From Schmidtea polychroa (Eukaryota): 64,000 bases of DNA. The notes beneath the pieces are model-generated. The model saw nothing but the letters and a program-made list of their open reading frames with translations. It was not told where the DNA came from and ran no database searches. The position numbers and the translations under genes are program-made. The stretch is taken from contig CM097885.1 in NCBI GenBank assembly GCA_044892525.1, positions 43,898,001-43,962,000 of the forward strand, written 5' to 3'. Of the stretch, positions 28,057-43,700 are shown piece after piece (the first letter of the stretch is position 1; each line of letters begins with the position of its first letter).

Positions 28057-28436
28057 ATTTTTCAAAGATGGTACCATATCCTTTCATTCTTTTGTTTATA
28101 TGTTTCTTCATAATTTTTTGTCGTTTAAGTGTTCCATCTTTTTGTTCTTTTTGTTCTTTATCATTTTTAAATACATCGGATACTTTATTAATTACTTCAG
28201 GTAAATGTTGCATCACAGTAAGTAATGAATCTTTAATTTCAGAAATTGCATTTGATTTATTATTTATTACGTCATTAGCTGTTTTCATACCATAATTTTC
28301 AATTCGTCTAAGAATTGGGAGAGCAAATCTACCTATTGTCTTCAACCAACCGGTTCCATATTGCTTACCAACAAAATATGGTAAATCACGACCCGATTGG
28401 TTACTACTATAAAAATGTATTGTCTGGATTACTCAT
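28055..28436 (-). pseudogene. Conserved Polinton small core protein (QxGxG...RxALPxL family, PZ-like)
   Basis: ATG at 28436 overlaps the minor capsid stop. After a 1-nt slip in a T run it reads QSGRDLPYFVGKQYGTGWLKTIGRFALPILRR. Confidence 0.7.
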
Positions 28437-29392
28437 TTATTTTACGAAAATATAATGTCAAGTATGTTTTATCTTCTTTTCCAAATATGTATTTTCCACT
28501 ATCATCTCGTATATTGATTTCTATATTGTTTATATGTGGAGACGATACCGGCAAGTACATTGGATTCTTTTCAATTATTTGTACTAAATCATCTTTTTTA
28601 TGTTTTTCCACCCAAATACATTTCAATAGAGGAACCAATGTATCACCAACAATAGTTGGTTCAATAATATTTGTATAGATCATCAATTGTTGATTATGTT
28701 GTAGTATTTCAGATTCTTTAAAACCAATAATAAGTTTGTCAGTATATGCTTCTTATAATAATCCCAAACTATTAGCTAAAAATTTACTAAATTGAACTTT
28801 ACTGACATCATCATCCATTACAATTTTAACGATTTTTCCTTTTTGAATATCATCAGATTTAAATGGACGAGGATAAAAGGTTGATAATTGATCATTTATT
28901 TGTGAAAGATCTGTAATAATCTTTTCTTCAATTGTATCGGTAAACTCAACATCGTAATAAATTGTATAGTTAATCGAATTGTATCAAACTTTATTTTTCG
29001 ATTATTTGAAGGAATAATGATTTGATTCAAGTTTTCTTTAAAATTTATTTCTTTTTCTGAAAATCCTAATTTTTGTGCTTCTTTAATACTATCGAATTCT
29101 ACTTAAAAAGGAAAATATTTACAATTAATGTAAATTTATATTCATTTTTTTCTTGGTTAAAGTAAAAGTATTCATAACTTGTATGTAATACACTTTTAAT
29201 GTATTTAACATTTGAATTATTGTAAAAAGGAAAATAATTATACACAAAGATAAAGTCCATGAGAGCTACTTCCCATTCACCATCCAAGTACATTGGATTT
29301 TGAAATTCGACATTAAATTTGCTAGCTTCATTATTTGGATGAGTCTGAGGACAACTATTAGAATGTAAATTCACATAAAAATCTTTTTTCAT
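28429..29392 (-). pseudogene. Polinton minor capsid (penton-like) protein, copy 2
   Basis: DFYVNLHSNS..PNNEASKF..LDGEWEVALMD; IYTNIIEPTIVGDTLVPLL; NPMYLPV..IEINIRDDSG..LTLYFRK. Confidence 0.88.
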
Positions 29393-30000
29393 TTATTTTA
29401 CGAAAATGTAATGTCAAGTGCGTTTTTGTATCTTTACTAAATTTTATTAATTTTTCACTATCGTCACGTATATTGATTTCAATGTTGTTTATAGAAGAAT
29501 TAGAAATTGGTAGATACATTGGATTCTTCATTTCTAATTGCACAATTTCTCCTTGATCGTATTTTTTATCCAAATAGAAAATGATCACTATCACTAATAA
29601 CAGATACTGATTTTAATCCAAATTTAATAGCATGTTCAAAATCTGGAAACGTTATTTTAAATGGAACATGTGGACAAACAACAACCAAATTCTCATATCT
29701 TTCAATGAACATGTCGACTTCAGGAGTATTTGTAGGATTTATTACTTCAAAGATTCGATTTGAATTATTTATTCTAAAATATTTAATTTCTTCATCCATC
29801 TTTACTTTTTCATATTGTATCAATGAATTACTATAATAAGGAAAAGTATTATAGACAAAGGTAAAATCCATGAGAGCAACTTTCCATTCACCATCCAAGT
29901 GAATTGAACTTTGAAATTCGAGATTAAATTTACTAGCTTCATTATCAGGGAAAATAAAAGGACAACTATTATAAGGTAAAATAATATATAAATCTTTCAT
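29358..30000 (-). pseudogene. Polinton minor capsid protein, copy 1 (internally deleted)
   Basis: DLYIILPYNS..PDNEASKF..LDGEWKVALMD joined by a frameshift to NPMYLPI..IEINIRDDS..LTLHFRK. The IYTxIIEPxxVGD block is missing. Confidence 0.85.
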
Positions 30001-30013
30001 AATATTTATTTAA

Positions 30014-31025
30014 TCAATTGATTTTCGCTATCCAAGTTGAAGTTTCATATCCGTGCCATTTAACATAGTATGGTTTATATTTACCATCTTTTTTGGTTTT
30101 TAAACTCCTTTGAATTCTAAATATTGTAAGAGCAGGAATAACTTGGAGTTCTTGTTCGTAGAATTTACCAGTGATTGGTTTGTTTTCATGATCAACTATC
30201 ACATACATGACAGGAATCTGCTTTTTATCGATTTTCAAAATTTGATATACTTAATCACTCCAATTATTATCAAAGTTTTTGATGAATGGTGAAGAATTGA
30301 TTTTACTAATTCTTACATGATCACCAACCTTGTATTTTGGTTTATTGATTTTTTCTATCTTTTTCTATAAAATCAACAGGTGTTTGTCCTTTTAATCCTC
30401 TATGTGGCGAATGATTGTAACTGAAAATAATTTTTGGCAAAACATTTATCCAAGTTTTATTACCTTGATATACAAAATATTTTTTCAATCTTTCTCTTAA
30501 AGTACGAATAAATCGTTCTAATTGAGCAGCTCTGAACTGAGAAAATACCGAGTAGTGGTTTATTCCTTTGATAACCTCTTTAACTTTGCTGTTATAAAAT
30601 TCTTTACCTAAATAAAATATTTAAAAATTAAATAATTAAATTTAATTACCTAAATCTGTTTGTAAAGTAATAGTTTTGCCATCTGCAAACATTTCTTTTA
30701 TCGCATCAGCTATTTCATTTGCAGATTTAGTTTTTGTAGGAACAGCACGAGTATATCTATTAAAAACATTTAATACAAGTCAGAATATATTTGTATCCTT
30801 TGTTAATTTTTGAATAAGGTATCATTTCCATCAAATTCATTTGCCAATCATCATTGTTTCCAATTGTTTTGTATGGTCTTGTTGGAAATCGTTTCAACAT
30901 TGGTTTATTTAAACTATATGCTAATTGATTAGATAACCATTTCTGAGTTTCTTTCTTTGAATTATTCACTCGTTTTGTTAATTTTTCTACACCACCAAAA
31001 CCATCTGGATATTTTGGGTTTGTCT
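30014..31025 (-). pseudogene. Polinton retroviral-like integrase with C-terminal chromodomain and a 42-nt intron (30608-30649)
   Basis: GFGGVEKL, WLSNQLAYSL, WQMNL, GYKYILTCI, LQTDL^GKEFYN, ERFIRTL, SYNHSPHRG, GKFYEQELQ, YYVKWHGY..TWI. Confidence 0.92.
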
Positions 31026-31192
31026 ATATTGTTTTGAACTTTTTCTCTATTTATTTTCTCGTTTGTTTTCACCCTTTTCACTTTTTTCATTTTTTTTGTG
31101 ATACGTTTCCTTCATTATTACAACAAGTTGTCAAAATATTAAAATCTACAATATCTTTATTTGGTAATGAACTCTTGATGCCCATTAAGAAC

Positions 31193-31440
31193 TTAATGAT
31201 GAGATGCACAAATTGCAGATAAGACTATAGGAATTAATGCACCCAAGAACCCTCTTTTTTGTTTATATATTATCTTTCTCATTAGACGACGATTTTTTGT
31301 ATCAACTAGAGATAAAAGCGATTTTTTATGTCTTTGCAATACTTATCTTTTAGCTTTAGTTATATTTACATTACCACGTACAACATTTATAATAACTTCA
31401 ACCAAATCATCAATAACAAGTGATGGAAAAGACTGTTGAA
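31193..31440 (-). pseudogene. Small basic Polinton protein ending in an amphipathic helix (pX-like), 5' truncated
   Basis: DDLVEVIINVVRGNV...KQKRGFLGALIPIVLSAI, a degenerate QxGG/F adenain-type site followed by a hydrophobic helix; one internal stop. Confidence 0.65.
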
Positions 31441-31697
31441 AATATCCTGAAAATATCCTGTATTGAAAATATCCTAAGACCTTAAACTTCCATGACTTTT
31501 TTAGTGATAGTTGTATTTTGTATTGAAAATCCCAGGACCATGGAGACCCCCTCACTATATTCTGAAAAAAATATTTTTGTACTGAAAATCCCAGAAAGCA
31601 AAAAAAGTAAGTCACAGCAATTGCGTAATCAAAAGTTGCAACAGACCTCCCCCGTGGGGGGGGGGTAATTGTTGCGGTAAGCCACTAACTACCTACT

Positions 31698-31857
31698 CTC
31701 GATCTTCCCATTTTTGACAATTCGCAGAAAATCAAACAAATTGGCTTTGCTGCTGATGTCTGTCGATTAGTCAATTTGAAGTGCCCAGAATTTAGTAATG
31801 TCATCAACTACATCCGTAAAATCCTCTCGAAGTTGATCACCAATATTTCCATACATA
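31698..31857 (-). pseudogene. Buster/ZBED5-like hAT transposase, downstream piece
   Basis: YGNIGDQLRE..FWALQID*STDISSKANL. Continues in frame from ...ISRKIKDM at 52431 once the LTR element and one TSD are removed. Confidence 0.88.
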
Positions 31858-36755
<4,898 letters not shown>

Positions 36756-36763
36756 TACAAATT

Positions 36764-36781
36764 TGGGGGCTCAGCCGGGAT
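36764..36781 (+). promoter_or_regulatory. Primer-binding site, tRNA-Pro type
   Basis: TGGGGGCTCAGCCGGGAT matches the classical Pro PBS TGGGGGCTCGTCCGGGAT at 16/18 positions and lies 8 nt after the 5' LTR. Confidence 0.85.
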
Positions 36782-37550
36782 TATAAACTTTCTTGGTAAA
36801 GAACCTGTAAGTAGACGGGAATGCATAGCGTTTTTATGATCAGGAAATGAAATGCTTTATGCAAGAGTAAAAAAGATTGTTTTCTCAAATAACTAGACAT
36901 GATGTGTGAATATGCGTGTAAGATCAAAATGAATGTTGAACGTTGTACATGATGAATAAAATGTTTTAAATTATGTAAATATAGAAAATCGATAAAACTG
37001 GGTATGAGAATAATGTATGAGCGTTCCGTGTTGATGGGCTAGAATGTTGATGGGTAAGAAATGAAATAAAAATCAAAAATAATAAAAATTGTAAATATAA
37101 ACAACTAATACTTTGTAAATATAAGAAATTAATATAAAACTCAAAAATAGGGAAAAGGGGGGATAGAAGATAGCGGTATATAGAAAAAGGGGATAAAGTA
37201 TAAAACAGTGAATTGCGAAATAGAAATAGATAGGTGATGCAATTAATTAAAAATAGGGGGAAGATGTAAAAATAAGTTAAAGATTAAAGGGTTATATTGA
37301 GTACTTGATCAAATGACTAAAATTATGGACACGCTGGGATCAAAAGGGTTACGTAGACTAAGATAATAAACTAGAGAGAACGGATAGGAATGCGCGGAAC
37401 ATCATTTAATGGATTGGGAGCCTAAACTAACAGGGTAAAACAGCTATTGAACTTACTTAATTTGAATAAGGAAATAAATGGGTAGAGGTAAGCTAATTAA
37501 AGGGGAATAAGAACACTTAATAAAATGCTGAATTAATAAAGTATAACTTG

Positions 37551-38020
37551 ATGGAATTAACCGGCTACATTATAAAGAAACTTGAAAATTCGTAAATTTA
37601 ACTAACAACTCACTACAAAGATTGAATTGAAAAGCAGAGCAGTTGGCAAACATCCAAGAAGGACTGATCTTAAAACCAAGACCAGTTGATGATGAATTGT
37701 GTATAATGACGAGTATTGCTACACCAAATGTGGAATTAACTACTCAAAGAGTATATCAGATTCAGAATTTACGTTTAGATAAGGCCAAATTTAACATCAA
37801 ATGGCAAGAATTAAAGATAAAAATTTAAACGGTTGAAGATGCGATAAGAGAGGCGATCGATAATGAGTTCAAATGTTGTGTGTGTAGAAGCAATGAGATA
37901 AAAATAATGATGGTACATTGCGGACATCGATGTTATTACCAAGATTATGCATTGAAACTGAAACCATTGTAATGTATGTGATGCAAACGTGAGAGAAAGA
38001 GTAGTAGTGTACCTCCCTAA
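37551..38020 (+). pseudogene. Decayed accessory gene with a C-terminal RING-HC finger (IAP/Neuralized/MDM2-like spacing)
   Basis: KCCVCRSNEIKIMMVHCGHRCYYQDYALKL (frameshift) HCNVCDANVRERVVVYLP*. Two expected Cys codons read TAC/TAT. The upstream in-frame region has stops; putative 29-nt intron at 37592-37620 with CTAAC. Confidence 0.75.
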
Positions 38021-38771
38021 GGGAGATGTAGAAAAATTAAAGATGATGAAATGAATTGCAGCCGAGTGTGAGTTAGTAAAATGTTAGTAAAACTAATTCC
38101 TTAATAGCAACCGAAAGGTATAAAACATACGTTGAACATAGACATATGAAATACACAAAAGCCGTTAAATAAATAGACAAGCAACACACAAATTAAATTG
38201 GCGAAAGCCGTGAATTAAATACAGGACTGGCTGGGATCGTATCAAGTGTGAGCTGATCTATAAGATCAGTACGATTACCATTTTTTTTCCTGTTTTTGTT
38301 TTATTATTTTTGGCATAGAGAGACAGGACCATAAGGGGATGAGAAGCATATCGTCCCTACGATGCTTACACGGATGGGGAAATCCTGATCACCTTGATGA
38401 GAAGAGTATAATTGGGCCCATCGCAAATGTTGGAGAGTTTCTGTCGAGTGACTGATCACCACTTGTGGGAAATGAACCAACGCGATTATTATATTTTTTG
38501 AATTTGGGAGACTAGGACAAACTAGAAGGGTAAATAAAAAGAAAAAGATAAAAATAAAAATTGAAAATGTGCACCAAAAGATTAAAAATTAACATTATCC
38601 GAGAGCAGCTGCGGATTTGAAGAAACCGTTTTTGGACTTCAAATCGGATGAGGAGTACTCATTGATAAGAATTTTTCCCTAGCGAGTGATGAGGCACCCG
38701 AGTACAGCGGCTAACCACCGGACTGTAGTGTCCAGGAGATTATCAGCCAAGGGACTGATGATGCTGGATCA

Positions 38772-39355
38772 CCCAATACAAAAACCCGGATACCCACACC
38801 GAGTATTGGGCGCATTTTTATTTGATTGGCTAGCGGGACTTGATACAAAAACCCGGAAGGGTAGCGAGCGAGAGAGACCCAGTTACCTACACCGAGTATT
38901 AAGGAGCCCAGTGAAACGGTTGTGAGATGCGGGTCAACCGGTAAAGGACTCGTACTCAACAGGCAACCAAGATTGGACCAGTTGTGAGGCGGAGGACCGA
39001 AAGTCAACTGCATATCCAATTTCCTTTTATCTTCACTAGTCGGGAGATCTGGTTCATCACTTTTGAGAATCAAGATCGAGGCGATTAGGTATTTCCGTGT
39101 TTTTTAAATCCTGATAGATAGGATGTTTTTTCTTCGTGATTATTGCTAGCAGGGGTCGGTACAAAACCCGGATGCCCACACCGAGTACCGATAGGCCCAG
39201 TGAAACGGCGATGAGATTAGAGTTACCGGTATTAGGCTCTTTTCAATAGGCGGCCAAGAATTGAGCCAGTTGTGAGGCCTCAGCAGATTAGGAATTTGAG
39301 TAGGAGGAGCCTTGAATTTTTAATTGGTCCGAAAGTCAACTGTCAACTCAATTTA
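38772..39355 (+). other. Duplicated multi-stem RNA structure module A in the retroelement leader
   Basis: Two full copies (~38840-39022, ~39156-39354) and one partial copy (38772-38810), with compensatory stem changes and invariant loops. Confidence 0.65.
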
Positions 39356-39374
39356 ATCGCGGTAGGGACGATAG

Positions 39375-39925
39375 TAGGTGTAAAAACCGAAAGCGTCGAG
39401 GGGTTGAAGAAACCTCATTTAGGGCATTTGAAACCGGTCAGGGACCGAAGACCGCGAATATGGCGTAATGGTGTAAAAGCCCAGACGTCGAGGAGTCGTA
39501 AAAGACTTCAGATTATGATTAAACCGGCCGGAAGCCGATGCCGACGTAGAGGTCTAACAAACCAAAGCGTTGATGGGTAATAATGGATAATATGGCGTAA
39601 TGGTGTAAAAGCCCAGGCGTCGAGGAGTCGTAAAAGACTTCAAATTATGATTAAACCGGCCGGAAGCCGATGCCGACGTGGAGGTCTAACAAACCAAAGC
39701 GTTGATGGGTAATAATGGATTATATGGCGTAACGGTGTAAAAGCCCAGGCGTCGAGGAGTCGTAAAAGACTTCATGGGATTAAAATGAGTTGATTAAACC
39801 GGCCAGAGAGCCGATGGTAATTGAGTGAAATGATTTAAATGAAATAAGAGAGTTGATTAAACCGGCCAGGGAGCCGATGGTAAATAAATGTAGACGCAGA
39901 GATCGCGCGAACCAAAGCATCGATG
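39375..39925 (+). repeat. 132-nt tandem repeat (structured module B) in the retroelement leader
   Basis: TGGCGTAA at 39461, 39593 and 39725; a diverged copy at ~39375-39457; sub-repeats at ~39790 and ~39852. Confidence 0.8.
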
Positions 39926-40732
39926 ATTAACTATAAACAAACGATTAAGATGAAATTGATTAAATTGAATAGATTAAGTGCGACAAAGATGTAATGAGTA
40001 AAGGAAAATTATGATAGAGCGCCGGCGCAAGAGAAACTGAAACCAAATTTTTGAATGGGGAAAAGCGAAGAGAGATTAAGTTACTGATGAGTTTTATATG
40101 TATATGACTAATGATATATATTTTTTAATTATATAATTGATGTTGTGATTATATGATAGATAATTGATACGACGATATAGATAATTCATACGAGTTATAG
40201 ATAATTAAAAATGGACTTAAATTCAAAGGGGGGTGAGTAGCAAAAAGTAAAAGCGTGCCATGAATTAGAAAAGGAACAGCGAGAGAAATAATGAGTAAAG
40301 AGTAGTATAAAATAAAGAAAATAGGGAAATAAATGAAGGGTAGGATAAAATGAATAAAATATTATGATATGTACTAGGAGTGTTAATTATTTTAGAATAA
40401 GTCAATCAATAAGTCAGAAGGAAGTCAATAGAAGCCAAGAATTCAAGAGTAATAAAGAGAAATCAAAAATTCAAAAGAAACCAAGCAAAGAATCAAGAGA
40501 ATCAAACGAAGATAGAAGAAAGGTAAACAAAGTCAAATTAAATACCAAGAGGAAAATTAAAGCGTTGGCCAACGAAACACAGTGAAATTCAAAAGAGATT
40601 ATTAAAGCAAGAAAAATTGATAATCAAGCCAATCGAACGAGATCGCAGAGCAAAGGAGGCTCTAGTTTATTAGGAAACGCAGGGAGACAAAGAGCCAAGA
40701 GAAACAGAAGAATCAATAAGAAACCAGCGTCA

Positions 40733-43700
40733 GTGAAAACATTATTTGAATCAGACAGCTTAACCAACGAAAGTGAAAACAGCGACGATATTAAAAGAAA
40801 CGAATTATATCCGGTAACTGATATCAAACCAACAGACAAGGAAGATAGTAGTTCAGGCATAACAAGTTTGTGTCGAGATATAATGTTAGACGGAAACCAA
40901 GTGAACAACCCGAATGGGTCAGAGTCGACATACACACCCGAAATAAACCATGTCAACGTCAATGTTGGAGAATTTAGAGAAAGATTTCGAGGAGAACCAT
41001 TCGATGAGAATATTAATGAACTAGAAACGTTTATAAAAGAATTCGAGGTATATATTACGATATGTCACTGGCCAGACATAGTCGTACGAGAGCGAATACC
41101 ATTATATTTAAGAGGAAGTGCACAAGATGTATATTTAGAAGCAAAGTGTGATGCAACAAAACTAAAAACATGGAAATCAATAAAGAATTTTTTAATAAAA
41201 ACATTCAGTAGCAAAAGGGAAGGAAATCGCAAAATGTTGGATTTTCTGCATCGAAAGCAGAAATACAATGAGTCAAACGCTCTATATGCATGTGAATTAA
41301 GACGACTGGCAAAAGAAGCATTCGATTCAAATCAAACAGTTCCGGAAGACAAGATAATAGCCGTATTCGTAGAGGGTATGAAAAGAAAGGACATACGAGC
41401 AACAGTGGGGTGCCGAGCACCAGACACGCTCGAGGAAGCATTAAAAATCGCTAATAAATGTGAAAACTACTTGACTCCAGTACAAGTAGCAGCAATGGCA
41501 GCAGTACCAATAGCTACAACACCAACAACGACAACCGAAATTAATCAAACCAACAATGGAAATCTAGGAATGAATCAATTTATCTCAGAATCGCAACAGT
41601 TGTTCAAGGCGCCAAAAATGACAAATCCAGATAACAGAGGTAATATTCAATTTTATACTAATAATTTCAGGAACAACGAGAACAATAATCGGAAGTGTAA
41701 CATATGTCAACGACTAGGACATTGGAGCAACGAGTGTTATAAGACAAGGATGTGCCAAAATTGCGGTAAAAGGGGTCACACAGAAAATATATGCCGAGGA
41801 CCAATGATGTCGATGAGAGGAGGAAGGACTAGAACCTGCTACAGTTGCAACCAACTTGGACATGTGGCGAGAGAATGCGCGATGAAGACAAAACATAATC
41901 AACCAAGAGCAAACGATCCAAGTCAAAATATACAAATCAACATCATGCAGAAAATTGAACAGTTGAAAAAGATGATCCAACGGATACCAGAGGATATCCG
42001 GAAACGACCAACAAGAGAACAACAAGACCAGCAACGAATCGAAGGGCAGAGACCACTAAACGAAAAAGCCAGAGAAATTCAAAAAAGATGGAAAAAGCGA
42101 GAAACCAACACCGGAAGAATAAATATGATGAGATCAATGAACAAAGGGGAACCGCACACTGCGGAGCAGTGTGTTAACAAGGAAGGGAGCGATATAACCG
42201 TAATCAACGAGACGAAAGCGATAAAAGAAAATGGGTCACATCAATTGACGGAGCAATTGACAGAACTGAGTAGCGAGGATAAAATAAAAATAATACAAGA
42301 GTTCACCAAAGAGGAAAAAGAAAAGAGACGAAGAAGTGATGAAACAGGGCACGAACCAAAAAGCAACGAGATTGTTACAAAGAATCGAATTCAGAGGGTA
42401 TTACTACAAAAAATTGAAGATAGAATTAGAAGAGAAGAACCAAATTTAACGGATGAGCAAGTAAAAGAAAAAGTAAAAGACAACTGGTTCAGGAAAAATG
42501 AGTGGTTCGAAAAGAAAGAACCAAGTAACAGAGCCAATATAAACATGCTGAGACAAATACAGAAGGATCAGACGGACCAGGAAGACGAGAAAAGTACGAT
42601 GAGTAGTCTGAGAAGTGCATTATCTCAATCAAGTGATGAAAATAATGAACAAGGAACACCTCAAAATAACGAAGAGGGTGAGAGCGACGATATGAAATCA
42701 CTGATAGAAAATGACGATGAGGAAATATTTGAGGAAATTTCCGACACGGTATCGGAAAGAGAACGAAATGAGAGCTATATCAACGAACCAACATACAGAA
42801 AATGTATAAAACTGATAACTCAAGCATACCAGTGGGAAGGAGATATATTAACGGCAACATGGAAAGATTTGGTGACGAAATATAAAGGAAAATTGAAAGA
42901 AGTTGATCCAGATCAATACCAAGTAAGTATTCAACACCCTGAAACTCAGATACAGATTATTGAATTAAAAGTAACAAATACCGATAAACTGTATAATTGG
43001 GTACAACAAAAGATGGGAACAAGTCATAAAAATAAACAGCTATACGACAATGGTTATAAAGTTAAAATGAGCATACATTTAGTAGATGTGATGATATGGC
43101 CAAACGAAGTTAATATCTTAATCTTAAAGAAAAACAGAGACAACGAATCAGTAACGGAAATACTGAGAAAAATCCAACAGATATTCAACAATGAAGTGGA
43201 ACCAGAAATAGAAAAGATTGAACGAAAGATTATGAAGGAAAATCAAATAATCTTAGTAAAACAAGCAATCGATCAAACGAAGAAATATATTAACAGATTT
43301 AGGGAAAGATGGCCGCAGCTAATGAAACAGTTTGTCAAAGACGTACGGGGTACTGAGATTATGGGATTTGAATATAAACGAACAACGGAGTTGATATCAA
43401 AATATGGTGAATACGAGAGAATCAGATGTGAACAAGAATTACCATGGCCATCCAATAGAAAAGTGACAATAGTAAGAGAATCACTGAAGAATAGTCATTT
43501 AAATAAACACGAAGAAATGATCAAAACATCACATGTCGAAGACGACATTTTTGGAAAAGGCCGGAGTGGAAAAAATGACAAAGACCATAACGACAAAAAT
43601 GAGGAAGACGACGGGAACCATGAAAGGAACAACATAAATGGGAATTCAGGCGAACGAGATAATAAAGAAGACAAGGAGTCAGAAGATGACGACGAAGACT

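Larger units (their letters stand above)
26263..31697 (-). mobile_element. Decayed Polinton/Maverick (adintovirus-like) half-element: TIR, pX-like, integrase, two minor capsids, core protein, major capsid, protease. pPolB and ATPase not seen
   Basis: Contiguous, often overlapping minus-strand genes of the expected families. Terminus 5'-AGTAGGTAGTTAG at 31697. Left boundary uncertain. Confidence 0.9.

Noticed and set aside
38750..40095. Hammerhead ribozyme at CTGATGA (38755, 40085) or at TGAGG...CCGAAA
   Set aside because: Could not build stems I-III with a GAAA and NUH cleavage site in the required arrangement.
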